Assembly: GCA_965222225.1 (NCBI GenBank)
Contig: CBDCTK010000002.1
Span: forward strand, 5,440,001 to 5,504,000
Length of the DNA: 64,000 bases
Source: Candidatus Poribacteria bacterium
GTDB taxonomy: Bacteria; Poribacteria; WGA-4E; JAJDTR01
Direction: 5' to 3'
Shown here: positions 52,947 to 62,332 of the stretch, piece after piece
Position numbering within the stretch: position 1 is the first letter of the stretch
Layout: every line of letters begins with the position of its first letter
The notes under the pieces: generated by a model
The model's input: only the letters and a program-made list of their open reading frames with translations
The model's database searches: none
Told to the model about the DNA's origin: nothing
Made by a program: the position numbers and the translations under genes

Positions 52947-53732
52947 ATGAGCACCCTCACCGATGACCACATTCGCCAATTCAACCATGAGGGATACTTG
53001 GTATTCGAAGGTCTGTTAGATGAGAACCACAACCAGCGTATCATGCGTGATATAGACCAACTCATGGAAGATCGGGAGAATCCAAACAAACCGGCGATTC
53101 CGATGCGCTACCCCGACCTAGGTCTCTTGACCTCGGAACCTGTTATTGTGGATCGGGTGGCATCTCTCATGGGAGGAGATCCATTTGTTCACCATCATAT
53201 TCATGCCACTTGCCACATGCCCGGTGAACCCGGCGTTGCTTGGCACCACGATTACGAGCAATTGCCCCAAACGAATCGTTCGCACCTTATGGTGCACGTC
53301 TTTATGTATCATTCCGGATTGAATGGCGAAGTTGGGGACCTGCTCGTGCTACCGGGATCGCATAAGAAAATCATGAATGGAGATGCGTTCCGGCAATTTG
53401 GATGTGCCGACCTTCCAGAATCTCGCGCCATCAATGACCTTGCCCCTGCATCCGTTGTCATTGTCCACTCCGCGCTTCAGCATGCGCGTCGTGCCAAACC
53501 CGCTAACCTCGGATCCAAACGCTATTTCGTCGACACATCCTATTGCCAATATGGAATCGTTTGGCCCACAATCCGTCGGTTCCAGCAGTATAACAACATG
53601 GCACTGGAACTCGGGTGGGATCGAAATGGGAAATACGCATTTCTCTATGAAGAAGGTCATTTCTTTTTCAAAGAGGAGCACCAAGCAGCGTTCGAAAGTA
53701 GCAATCAGGGCAGTTTGGCAGTGAAACTCTAA
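52947..53732 (+). CDS. Phytanoyl-CoA dioxygenase (PhyH) family Fe(II)/2OG oxygenase
   Basis: QFNHEGYL, WHHD, VLPGSH and a distal His in LQHAR. Confidence 0.88.
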   Translation: MSTLTDDHIRQFNHEGYLVFEGLLDENHNQRIMRDIDQLMEDRENPNKPAIPMRYPDLGLLTSEPVIVDRVASLMGGDPFVHHHIHATCHMPGEPGVAWHHDYEQLPQTNRSHLMVHVFMYHSGLNGEVGDLLVLPGSHKKIMNGDAFRQFGCADLPESRAINDLAPASVVIVHSALQHARRAKPANLGSKRYFVDTSYCQYGIVWPTIRRFQQYNNMALELGWDRNGKYAFLYEEGHFFFKEEHQAAFESSNQGSLAVKL

Positions 53733-53916
53733 CGGGTAGTCGTGCAAATACACGAATCAATGGCCATACGCTTCAAAAATACCCTCATCGTCGGAGTCAA
53801 TAGTCTGATCCGGCGTAAGTGACCGCTTCTAGCAGACAAACCACCTTACTCAAAAATGCGTTTGGCTAAAGCGAGGAGGGCTGTGATTTAAGTGTGGAAG
53901 CTAAAGAGAGATAGAG

Positions 53917-55458
53917 ATGCCCAATTTTGACTTTATTCCTGAAGCACCGACCCCAGTTGGATTGAAAAAACAGCTATTCATCGACGATTACGTTGTCGCG
54001 GAAAAAAGTAATGTGAGTTTAGAGGTGGGACAGGCGAAAAAACACGGTGTCGTGATGGAACCGACACTTTTGACCGAATTTCAGTCCGGCGCGATTCACG
54101 ATGGGCCAGATGGCGGTTTTGGCTTTGAATCGCATTTCTGTTGGTTTTTCTCGCCTCACTGGGATTCGGACAAAGCTATGTTTCGCCTGTGGTACATGGC
54201 TGGCAAAAGGGCGGGTACCGGACTATCGTATGCGGAATCATCTGACGGTTTCAACTGGACCAAACCAATGATTTCCAAGGGTGGGAAGAGCAACCTTGTT
54301 ACGTGGAACTCACCTGTTCCAATTCTCCGTCGTAATGAAAGTGTTGACCTGCTTGATATCGGGCTAGATGGTGCAACCGTCACCATTGATCCGAGTTTGG
54401 AATTCGGTTCACCTGAGAAGTTCAAAATCGCGTTTTATCCGAACAGCGGTGGCATTGATGGCAAGACGCGTTTGGGATATTCAGCCGACGGAATCCATTG
54501 GAACCTATACCACGATGGTTACCCGGTAACGGAACGCGCAGCGGACACAAACAACCAGATACAGTGGGACCCGCTTACCGAACGCTACCTGCTGCACTGT
54601 CGTCAGGATTTTGAAGGCGGCGGTGGAATTGGGGAATACCGCGGCGTACGCATCATGGAACATTCAAAAGAGAACGACCTTCTGAACCATCCCACTGCAT
54701 GGAAAACCCTCACGACATTTGTATTAGACGATCCGGACAAAAGCGTGATTCCGGACACCAAAACACCCGTTTATCAGATTCACACCTTCCCGATGTCGTA
54801 CTATGAAGGCGTGTGGTTTGGCTTAACGGATATTCTGGCTGCAACCAACAAGCATGTTACCGATGGTGACCAGGATTACCACACTTCTCACGAACGGGGT
54901 GTATGGGAATTCTACATGGCGCCATCGCGTGATGGGGTCAACTACGATTTCACCGTGGCGGTCTATCCGCGCAAACCCCTCATCCCGCGCGGTCCATCCG
55001 GCAGTTTCGACAAGGATTGCGTGCGTCCGCCATCAAACATTATTACGCACAACGATGAGCACTGGATCTATTATCTGGCGACAAACGAACGCTGGGGATG
55101 TCATCGGTGGGATGCGCGCCTTGCGCTTGCCAAGCTGCGGCTCGACGGTTTCTTCTTTCTCGAAGCGAAGGAGAAGCCGGGAAGGGTGGTGACTCGGCCG
55201 TTCCTACTTGAGGGTGATAAGCTACAGGTCAACGTTGATGCATTGGATGGCTATATGAAGGTCGAGGTGCTTGAGACATCCGGTGAACCAATCCCCGTCT
55301 TCTCGGGCGATTCAGCCAAGGTTTATCGCGGGTTCGACAATCTGCGACTTGAACCAATCTGGAAGGGGAATGCCGGTTTGTCATCGTTGCGAGGCAAGGA
55401 AGTGCGGCTCAGGTTCAATTTGAGCAATGCGAAGTTGTACGCTTTTCAAATTTGCTGA
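53917..55458 (+). CDS. GH32/GH43-like five-bladed propeller protein with C-terminal beta-sandwich
   Basis: KQLFIDD, YAESSDGFNWTKP, SADGIHW, SRDG and LRLDGF. Confidence 0.65.
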   Translation: MPNFDFIPEAPTPVGLKKQLFIDDYVVAEKSNVSLEVGQAKKHGVVMEPTLLTEFQSGAIHDGPDGGFGFESHFCWFFSPHWDSDKAMFRLWYMAGKRAGTGLSYAESSDGFNWTKPMISKGGKSNLVTWNSPVPILRRNESVDLLDIGLDGATVTIDPSLEFGSPEKFKIAFYPNSGGIDGKTRLGYSADGIHWNLYHDGYPVTERAADTNNQIQWDPLTERYLLHCRQDFEGGGGIGEYRGVRIMEHSKENDLLNHPTAWKTLTTFVLDDPDKSVIPDTKTPVYQIHTFPMSYYEGVWFGLTDILAATNKHVTDGDQDYHTSHERGVWEFYMAPSRDGVNYDFTVAVYPRKPLIPRGPSGSFDKDCVRPPSNIITHNDEHWIYYLATNERWGCHRWDARLALAKLRLDGFFFLEAKEKPGRVVTRPFLLEGDKLQVNVDALDGYMKVEVLETSGEPIPVFSGDSAKVYRGFDNLRLEPIWKGNAGLSSLRGKEVRLRFNLSNAKLYAFQIC

Positions 55459-55667
55459 CCATTACGCTATGAACTAAAGCAAGATTTCTTGAATTGGGAG
55501 TCCTATCGCACAAAGATCTCTATCGCGCTCGCTTTCCACTCGCTTGATCGGTTTCGGTAGCGTCCGGTAAACGGCGGAGATTCTTGGTAGAAATAGTTAT
55601 CGGAAGTAAGTTGGTTTTGACAACTCACAAGCTATCTCTGTCTAACAGGCGAAAGGAATAACAACAG

Positions 55668-56117
55668 ATGGATTTTCACTACATCAATACGAATGACGGG
55701 TATCACGAAAGAGATACGTATAAGATATGGCTAAATCTCGGCTATGCCTTTACCAACGGGGAACAGCTTTACGGGGCAAAACTTGGAACGCTTCAGCCTG
55801 GCGATTTGGTATTCATGTATGTTTCAGGCAAGGGAATCAAGGCTGTGGGGATGGTTATCAATGAATGGGACGGTATTGAGTACCGCCAACCGATAATTTC
55901 AAGCCCATCCGCCAACAACGAGTTTCGCATTCAAATAAACTGGTTCATCGTTCCTCCAGATGATTTTGTGCCTTCTTCGAAAGTGAAGGAGATTATGGGA
56001 TACGATTTTGTGCAGACTTGCGCACGCATCAACAAACGCGACGCAGCCGAGAAACTCCTCCGATATATGCTGCAGATGCTAGAATTATGCGGGTACAGCT
56101 TGACGTGGGACAGTTAA
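55668..56117 (+). CDS. Hypothetical protein with a PUA/EVE-like domain
   Basis: LQPGDLVFMYVSGKGIKAVGMV..FRIQINW pattern. Confidence 0.55.
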   Translation: MDFHYINTNDGYHERDTYKIWLNLGYAFTNGEQLYGAKLGTLQPGDLVFMYVSGKGIKAVGMVINEWDGIEYRQPIISSPSANNEFRIQINWFIVPPDDFVPSSKVKEIMGYDFVQTCARINKRDAAEKLLRYMLQMLELCGYSLTWDS

Positions 56118-56168
56118 TTTTTGATTTGCGTGGGAATTAAGAATCGGAATTAAGAAAAGGAGAAGATT

Positions 56169-56567
56169 ATGCGAAGGAAAGGAGCGTTGTATGCAGTGAT
56201 TGGCGGTGTTGTTGGGGCAGTTCTAACGATGGTGTGCTGCTTGTTCATGCCATTCGTGGCGCAAAGTCAATCTGAGGTTGCGCCCGATGGGGTATTCGGC
56301 CAGATAACCTGTAGGGGGATGAAGGTGGTTGATTCGGAGGGCAAACTGGGTGTGCTTATCTTCAACGGTGATTACGGTGGGCGGGTCGACGTGTTTGGCA
56401 AAGATGGTAATCCCCGTGCCGGTATGCTCATCACCGAACATGGGGGGCAGCTCGCCGTTTTGGACAAAGATCACAAAGCCGGTGTGGTGATGGCCGTCAC
56501 CAAATATGGGAACGGCGCGGTAAACACGTGGGATAAGAACGGGTCTCCTTTGGCTACATTGAAGTGA
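56169..56567 (+). CDS. Secreted Gly-rich beta-repeat protein P2
   Basis: MRRK..VIGGVVGAVLTM leader, FGQITC, GGRVDVFGKDG and GAVNTWDKNG. Confidence 0.75.
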   Translation: MRRKGALYAVIGGVVGAVLTMVCCLFMPFVAQSQSEVAPDGVFGQITCRGMKVVDSEGKLGVLIFNGDYGGRVDVFGKDGNPRAGMLITEHGGQLAVLDKDHKAGVVMAVTKYGNGAVNTWDKNGSPLATLK

Positions 56568-56662
56568 GAAGTGGGTGATTCGCGTGATTTTAGGTAATCG
56601 GTAGTAATACCATTTCTCTAAATTGCAAGTGCATTGATTACGTGGATCAAGTAAATAAACTT

Positions 56663-56730
56663 GCGTGGAGCGGAGTAAGACGCCTCGTCTCCGCCGCGTA
56701 AAGTCGGCGGGGCAAGATGCCTCGCCTACG
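56663..56730. repeat. Pair of REP-like palindromes
   Basis: Minus strand GTAG-GCGAGGCATCTTGCCCCGC, next to a related hairpin. Confidence 0.45.
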
Positions 56731-57683
56731 GGGTTTGGTATGAAGGTCAACAGTTGGTATGGGTCGTGTCATAATAGTTTAATTGAAAAACACTGTATGC
56801 ACTGTTATTCAAGCGAAATGGTATAAGTCGATTTTTTAATTTGGTTCTTCATAGTTAAATGCGGGATTGAAATTTGCTGCATGAAGGCGCGTTTGCCCTA
56901 TGGGTTCAAATTGCTTGCTATAATTCCCAAGTTTTGTGATTGAAAACTTCACACATGTATAGTATGATATAGCCGGTTAGCGATGGTCGCGACCTTATTC
57001 CTGCCAGCGGTATGCCGCCGGGACGAAAATCCCATGTGTCTCGTATACATTTTGTTCTGCTGCGCATCCGCTGTCCCAGCGCTGTCAAAGGCTTCCGCGC
57101 TCACTGGAGAAGTCAAAACGCCTTCAAACCGTTGCGCTGAGAACACAATCCGGTCACCCTTGCGCGCGGTTCATTGCCGTGAAAATAGGAAAAAACAACA
57201 GAGTAAGATGTTGAATCTATGTCTAAATCGTCTGTCTTGTTCAACTGTTCTTGCCCCCTGTTCAGTGGAGGCTTTGGTGGCAAATGAGTGAATCTCGGCG
57301 GCGTCCGGTCATTGCGCCTGACGCGGTTTTTCGGCAGTCATTTCAGCACCGCGGGCAGAGGGGTCAAAGTTATAATCGCAGAAAATCACAGTATTTCACA
57401 CGCTCAAATACGAGCAAAAATCATGCACGAATCCAAGCTACGACACGCTTCAATGCCCGTCTCGAGTCTTAACGCATCGACTGCAATGGAGACTACGGTA
57501 GTCGGATCAAACGGGTGGATAAATCAAGTGAACGAACAGGCAACGCGATATGGATCCTGGGGCGATAGGAATCCCACAGCAAAGGCGATAGATATCCCAT
57601 AGAAATCTCCTCCGTATCACGACACTCGGGATCTGTAACGCGTCTGGTAAACGGCGGAGATATTTAGCAGAAATACAGGTGTC

Positions 57684-57767
57684 ATGACGAATTCACGTCC
57701 CGATTTAATTCTAATCATGTGCGATCAGATGCGGTGGGATGCTGCCGGATTCGCCGGGAGTTCAACA
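57684..57767 (+). pseudogene. Duplicated 5' end of the sulfatase gene (left junction of the array)
   Basis: MTNSRPDLILIMCDQMRWDAAGFAGSST matches the start at 62333. 57711-57757 is identical to 62360-62406 (47 bp). Confidence 0.9.
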
Positions 57768-57881
57768 ATATCCTTACCAAGGCGATTATCCAGATCCGCT
57801 GTTAAATTGTCCTTATGCGAGTATAGGTTGGTTTTCTGGGTTTTCGTTCAGTCTCAAAACCATGACAAAAGGAGAGCTATT

Positions 57882-58346
57882 ATGATAAAACGAGAGTTAG
57901 TTTGTGCGTCGGTGATAGGCGGTATTGTTGGGGCAGTTCTTACGATGGCGGCGGGGTCGTTCTCGCCACTGGGCGCGCAAAATGAAGTGAGGGATGCGGA
58001 GTTTAGAAAAATAACATGTACCGCGCTCAGGGTGGAAGGTGCGGACGGAGCAAGAGCCGTGACCCTAGGCGCTGTAGGAAATGGCGGGAGTGTTTTCGTG
58101 TTTGGCAAGGACGGAGAAATTGGCGTGGGTATGACCGTCAATAAAAATGGCGGGTACGTTCGCGTACACGACAAGAACCTAGAATCAGGCGTGAGTATGA
58201 GCGTTGATGAACATGGCGGGTATGTTCGCGTGGAGAGCAAGGACGTAGAAATACTTGAAGGCGTAAGGCTGAGTGTGGATGAGCGTGGCGGGCGCGTTGA
58301 CGTGTACGGCAGAGACGGAGAATATAACGAGCTAACACCCAAGTGA
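57882..58346 (+). CDS. Secreted Gly-rich beta-repeat protein P3
   Basis: AGGAG RBS, MIKRE..VIGGIVGAVLTM..SPLGAQ and FRKITC. Confidence 0.78.
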   Translation: MIKRELVCASVIGGIVGAVLTMAAGSFSPLGAQNEVRDAEFRKITCTALRVEGADGARAVTLGAVGNGGSVFVFGKDGEIGVGMTVNKNGGYVRVHDKNLESGVSMSVDEHGGYVRVESKDVEILEGVRLSVDERGGRVDVYGRDGEYNELTPK

Positions 58347-58357
58347 GGTGATGAATC

Positions 58358-58403
58358 ATGAATGAGTTGGCAGTTCGAAACGAAAGCGTACTGGCTATCA
58401 GTG
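58358..58403 (+). pseudogene. Recombinase 5' stub (MNELAVRNESVLAIS)
   Basis: Matches the start of the recombinase at 51903 and ends at ATCAGTG. Confidence 0.75.
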
Positions 58404-58447
58404 TTGCGTTGTGGATAATTACAAAGGTTTAGGAATGGGAGGATGTT

Positions 58448-59047
58448 GTGCGAAGGAAAGAGTTGCTGTTTGGAATGTTTTGCGGTGCTGTCGGGGCGAT
58501 TCTAACAACGGCAGTGGGGTTGTTCACGCCTCTCGTAGCGCAGGATGAATTGAGCGATGTGGCATTCGGAAAGATAATCTGTAGGGAAATTGTGATGGTT
58601 GATTCGGATAATAACCTCTGTGTTAGAATGGACGCCGAACGATATGGCGGAAGCATATATGTGAACGGCAAAGATGGCGACTCCAGTGTGAGCATAGGCA
58701 TAGATAAAAATGGCGGAGACATCACCGTGCATGGTACCGGTAATAAAATGGCGTATATGGAAATTGACGACGAAGGTGGCAGGGTCGGTGTGTTTGGCAA
58801 TGGTGGTGATCGCGATAATAGCGGGAGCGCAAGTCTGAGTATCGGCGAAAATAGAGGCAGGATCGGCGTATTCAACGAAGATGGAAAAGTCTGTGCGCTC
58901 ATGGTCGCATATGTTGATAGCTATATAAATGGCGGATTGATCGAAGTGTTTGGCAGCGATGGCAAACTCCGTGCAGTTATGGGCGCAGGTGTACATGCCG
59001 GGGTGCTCGCCGCGTATGGCAGCGATGGAACGACGGTTATAAAGTGA
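58448..59047 (+). CDS. Secreted Gly-rich beta-repeat protein P4
   Basis: Leader, FGKIIC and GGxIxVxGxDG repeats. Confidence 0.78.
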   Translation: MRRKELLFGMFCGAVGAILTTAVGLFTPLVAQDELSDVAFGKIICREIVMVDSDNNLCVRMDAERYGGSIYVNGKDGDSSVSIGIDKNGGDITVHGTGNKMAYMEIDDEGGRVGVFGNGGDRDNSGSASLSIGENRGRIGVFNEDGKVCALMVAYVDSYINGGLIEVFGSDGKLRAVMGAGVHAGVLAAYGSDGTTVIK

Positions 59048-59058
59048 GGTGATGAACC

Positions 59059-59232
59059 ATGAACAGATTGGCAATTAGACAAGAGAACGCACTGGCTATT
59101 AGTGATTCCACGAAGGGTTTGATACGTGCCGGCGTCTCGGAGAACACGCTGCGGGCTTAGCGTTGCGCTTTGCTGAAGCTGAACAGGTGGCTAAGTGACA
59201 CGTGGAACATTTCCGATCAACTGAGCGGTTAG
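59059..59232 (+). pseudogene. Recombinase 5' stub, long form
   Basis: MNRLAIRQENALAISDSTKGLIRAGVSENTLRA*RCALLKLNRWLS aligns with the recombinase N-terminus. Confidence 0.85.
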
Positions 59233-59309
59233 CGACGGCGATAGAAAATCCCGTGCGATAGAGCTCCCATAGCTAATCCCTCAAGCGGCCGAATAAGGAG
59301 GGTGAGGCA

Positions 59310-59405
59310 ATGGGGGATGCGGTTATAGGCGGTTGTACGGGTGCAGTATTAACAATGCGCGTATCTTATGTGTTGTGGCGTGCCCCAAGGAAAAATGCGA
59401 CGTAA
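59310..59405 (+). pseudogene. Decayed leader of an eighth family member
   Basis: AVIGGCTGAVLTM matches the family leader AVIGGVVGxVLTM. Confidence 0.55.
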
Positions 59406-59580
59406 CGAAAGTCTTGTGAGAGAGGGTTTGGGATGTCACAGTGAAGGAAGATTCGCAGTGGTTGCAACTGAAACCTTTTCTGATTTTCTTATTCCCGTGT
59501 CTAACGTTAATAGAGCCACAGTGAATACAACAGGGCGAGTCTCAATATCCGCATTTTTATTGGTAAAATAAACTAACGTA

Positions 59581-59619
59581 TGATATGATTCGCCCACTTT
59601 TGACGAAAGTAGTCAAAAG
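59581..59619 (+). promoter_or_regulatory. Putative hicBA promoter and operator
   Basis: Extended -10 TGaTATGAT followed by the inverted repeat CTTTTGAC-N7-GTCAAAAG. Confidence 0.5.
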
Positions 59620-59670
59620 ATTTAAAAATAGACGAACTATACGATTTTACATTCAGATGGAGAAAGTACA

Positions 59671-60030
59671 GTGTATTACAAAATTACTGTAATCTTACAA
59701 CCTCAACCTGAAGGTGTATATACAGTAACCTGTAAAGAGTTACCCGAACTTATAACTGAAGGCAGAACAATAGAAGAAGCATTATATAATGTGGAAGATG
59801 CTTTTTCTGCAACTTTAGAAATATATGGAGAGTTTAGCCAACCTCTGCCTCGGGAAATTATGTTCGCGGAAGCTCCAACTGGAAACAACTCGGAAATAAA
59901 CTTGCTTGAATCAAAAAAATCTAAGGCAAAGTCGAAGTTTAGGTTTCAAACTCTTGACCCCCCATTAGAACACCCGGGCTTATGTTTTCGGGCGGCTTCT
60001 GTGACCCAAATTATGGGATATGAGATATAA
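59671..60030 (+). CDS. hicB: HicB-family antitoxin
   Basis: YTVTCKELPELITEGRTIEEALYNVEDA. Confidence 0.85.
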   Translation: MYYKITVILQPQPEGVYTVTCKELPELITEGRTIEEALYNVEDAFSATLEIYGEFSQPLPREIMFAEAPTGNNSEINLLESKKSKAKSKFRFQTLDPPLEHPGLCFRAASVTQIMGYEI

Positions 60031-60229
60031 CGAGGTTAAGCGAAAACTAAGGCGATTAGGCTGTCAAGAGTTAAAATCATCAGGCAAAGGTTCACACCGA
60101 AAATGGTATAATCCCGACACGAATAAGAAGGCTACAATTCCATATAACAACAGGGAATTAGCCAAGGGAACCCTCCGTGCCATAATGAAAACATTAGCAA
60201 TTGACGGTAAGATGTTCGAAGATGCTTAG
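60020..60229 (+). CDS. hicA: HicA-family toxin
   Basis: LRRLGC..GKGSHRKW..TIP..ELAKGTLRAI. Overlaps hicB. Confidence 0.9.
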   Translation: MRYNEVKRKLRRLGCQELKSSGKGSHRKWYNPDTNKKATIPYNNRELAKGTLRAIMKTLAIDGKMFEDA

Positions 60230-60492
60230 CCAATTCTATTCTAATTTTCAGCGGATACTCCACTAAAGAGGTCCGTTTTTTTGTGTAAACTCTCAATTTT
60301 ACTTAACATAACACAGGTTGCGGCCTATAACAAAGAAACCGAGTTTTTGGTTCGCGTTCGCTGCATTTTAGGTAAATTGGTCTGATTTTCACCAATCTCG
60401 CGATTCCATGTCGGAAAAAACTCGGTCTCTCTGCCTCTGTCGAACAATGGTGACAACTTGGGTTAGAACGTATGAATGAAAAGGACAAGGTT

Positions 60493-61011
60493 ATGCGAAG
60501 GAAAGAGGCGTTGTTTGCAGTAATAGGCGGCGTTGTCGGGACAGTATTAACGATGACGGCAGGTTCGTTCTCGCCATTGGAAGCGCAAAATGAAGTGAGA
60601 GAGGTGTATTTCGATGAGATAAGGTGTAGGCAGATAGTGGTGGATTACCCCAACGGTATTCCTGCGATATTGCTATCCGCGGTCGAGGATGGCGGGGCAT
60701 TGGTTATTATGGGCAACAATGGCGGCGGTGTGTTTATTGAGAGCAATAAAACAGGCGGGAGTGTCAGGGTGCGTGGCAAAGATGGCAAAGGCGAGGCAGG
60801 CATGAACATTAACGAACATGGGGGAGGGTATATCGGCACGGTTAACAAACATGGCAATGGCGGTGTGCTTATGGACGCCGACGAATATGGAGGAGATGTC
60901 ACCGTGTATGGTAACGACGGCTCTGCCCGTGCGAGTATGAGCACCTACGACGATGGAGGGTACGTCAGCGTGTACAAAAAAGATGGCAGCCTCCGTGCAA
61001 CTTTGAAGTGA
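60493..61011 (+). CDS. Secreted Gly-rich beta-repeat protein P5
   Basis: MRRKEALFAVIGG leader, FDEIRC and C-terminal RATLK. Confidence 0.78.
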   Translation: MRRKEALFAVIGGVVGTVLTMTAGSFSPLEAQNEVREVYFDEIRCRQIVVDYPNGIPAILLSAVEDGGALVIMGNNGGGVFIESNKTGGSVRVRGKDGKGEAGMNINEHGGGYIGTVNKHGNGGVLMDADEYGGDVTVYGNDGSARASMSTYDDGGYVSVYKKDGSLRATLK

Positions 61012-61026
61012 AGGGAGAGTGAATCC

Positions 61027-61069
61027 ATGAATGAGTTGGCAATCAAGCAATAGGAATCAATGATCAGTG
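61027..61069 (+). pseudogene. Recombinase 5' stub (MNELAIKQ*..ISE)
   Basis: Degenerate copy that also ends at ATCAGTG. Confidence 0.65.
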
Positions 61070-61083
61070 AAAGGAGAATCATC

Positions 61084-61542
61084 GTGAGGTACCGAGAGAA
61101 ATTGGGATATATGGTTTTGGGCGGAATCTTGATGCTGGTTGGCATGTTAGCTGCGGGGTTGTTTTCGCCGCTGGGGGCGCAAACTGAATCGGATGTCACT
61201 TTTGGGAAGGTAACCTGTGGGGAACTTAAGGTGATGGATAGGTACGGGCGTACAGCGGTGGTTATAAAGCCTTATTCACATGGCGGGATGGTTCAAGTGA
61301 ATGGCACGGACGAAAATTCATTCGTGCTTATGGCGATTGGGACACGGGGCGGGATGGTTCGAGTGCTCGGCAAGGACGACAATTCCGAGGCGCTTATGTG
61401 GATTGACGAACGAGGAGGGGAAATGGTCGTGTGCGGTAAGGACGCATTTACAAAGGCGACAATGGGAGTTGACGGCGAACAGGCCGGGTTCGTGCTCGTT
61501 CGCGGCCAAGACGGAGAATATAACGAGCTAACCCCCGAGTGA
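61084..61542 (+). CDS. Secreted Gly-rich beta-repeat protein P6
   Basis: AAGGAG RBS with GTG start, REKLGYMVLGG leader, FGKVTC and C-terminal DGEYNELTP. Confidence 0.78.
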   Translation: MRYREKLGYMVLGGILMLVGMLAAGLFSPLGAQTESDVTFGKVTCGELKVMDRYGRTAVVIKPYSHGGMVQVNGTDENSFVLMAIGTRGGMVRVLGKDDNSEALMWIDERGGEMVVCGKDAFTKATMGVDGEQAGFVLVRGQDGEYNELTPE

Positions 61543-61553
61543 GGTGATTAATC

Positions 61554-61599
61554 ATGAACGAGTTGGCAGTTCGAAACGAAAGCATACTGGCTATCAGTG
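61554..61599 (+). pseudogene. Recombinase 5' stub (MNELAVRNESILAIS)
   Basis: Near-identical to 58358-58403. Confidence 0.75.
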
Positions 61600-61643
61600 T
61601 TGAGTTTTGGATAATTACAAAGGTTTAGGAATAGGAGAATGTT

Positions 61644-62030
61644 ATGCGAAGGAAAGAGTTGATGTTTGGAGTGTTTTGCGGTGCTGTCGGGGCGATTCTA
61701 ACAACGGCAGTGGGGTTGTTCACGCCTCTCGTAGCGCAGAATGATGTAATGGATGCGAAGTTCGATACGGTAAACTGTAGGACGTTAATTGTGGAAGATG
61801 AGGATGGTAAACACGATGTGGTTATCTTTGGAGGCAGCGTTATCGCGCATGGGGAAGGCGAGGGGCGTGTGAGGATGGGCGCCGGCGTCATTGCTGGAGA
61901 AGCTGGTGGTCATGTCATAGTGTATGGACGCGATGAAAAAAACGTCGCGAAGATGGCGGCTGAAGAAGATGGCGGTTTTGTTTCCGTGTTTAGTAAGGAC
62001 GGAACAGGAAACATCTTAATGCCGAAGTAA
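61644..62030 (+). CDS. Secreted Gly-rich beta-repeat protein P7
   Basis: Leader almost identical to P4, FDTVNC and a different mature region. Confidence 0.78.
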   Translation: MRRKELMFGVFCGAVGAILTTAVGLFTPLVAQNDVMDAKFDTVNCRTLIVEDEDGKHDVVIFGGSVIAHGEGEGRVRMGAGVIAGEAGGHVIVYGRDEKNVAKMAAEEDGGFVSVFSKDGTGNILMPK

Positions 62031-62041
62031 GGTGATGAACC

Positions 62042-62214
62042 TTGGATAGATTGGCAATTAGACAAGAGAACGCAATGGCTATCGGTGGTTCCACGAAGGA
62101 TTTCATTCAAGCCGGCGTTTCGGAAAACTCGCTGCAGGCGTATCGTCGGGGGTTGTTGGAACTGGACAAGTGGATAACGACGGCGGGACAGTTTCAAATG
62201 AACTGAGCGGATAG
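62042..62214 (+). pseudogene. Recombinase 5' stub, long form
   Basis: LDRLAIRQENAMAIGGSTKDFIQAGVSENSLQAYRRGLLELDKWI. Confidence 0.82.
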
Positions 62215-62332
62215 ATCGGACGAGCGGACAGCTAGTGCGAAAGCCATCTCACTTCATTGACCATCCTATAGCTTCAAGGGCTTAACTGACCATTAATCAC
62301 TAACCGCTAGACACTTAACAAAAATAGGCATC

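Noticed and set aside
56949-57602. Short ORFs or a possible transposase remnant
   Set aside because: No recognisable motif in any frame I read, so it is left unannotated.
57684-58346. 220 aa sulfatase-P3 fusion ORF from the track
   Set aside because: P3 has its own RBS and signal peptide at 57882, and the linker looks non-coding. The open frame is probably incidental.
56169-62214. Classical integron or diversity-generating retroelement
   Set aside because: No IntI, no recognisable attC hairpins, no reverse transcriptase, and the differences are not adenine-specific.
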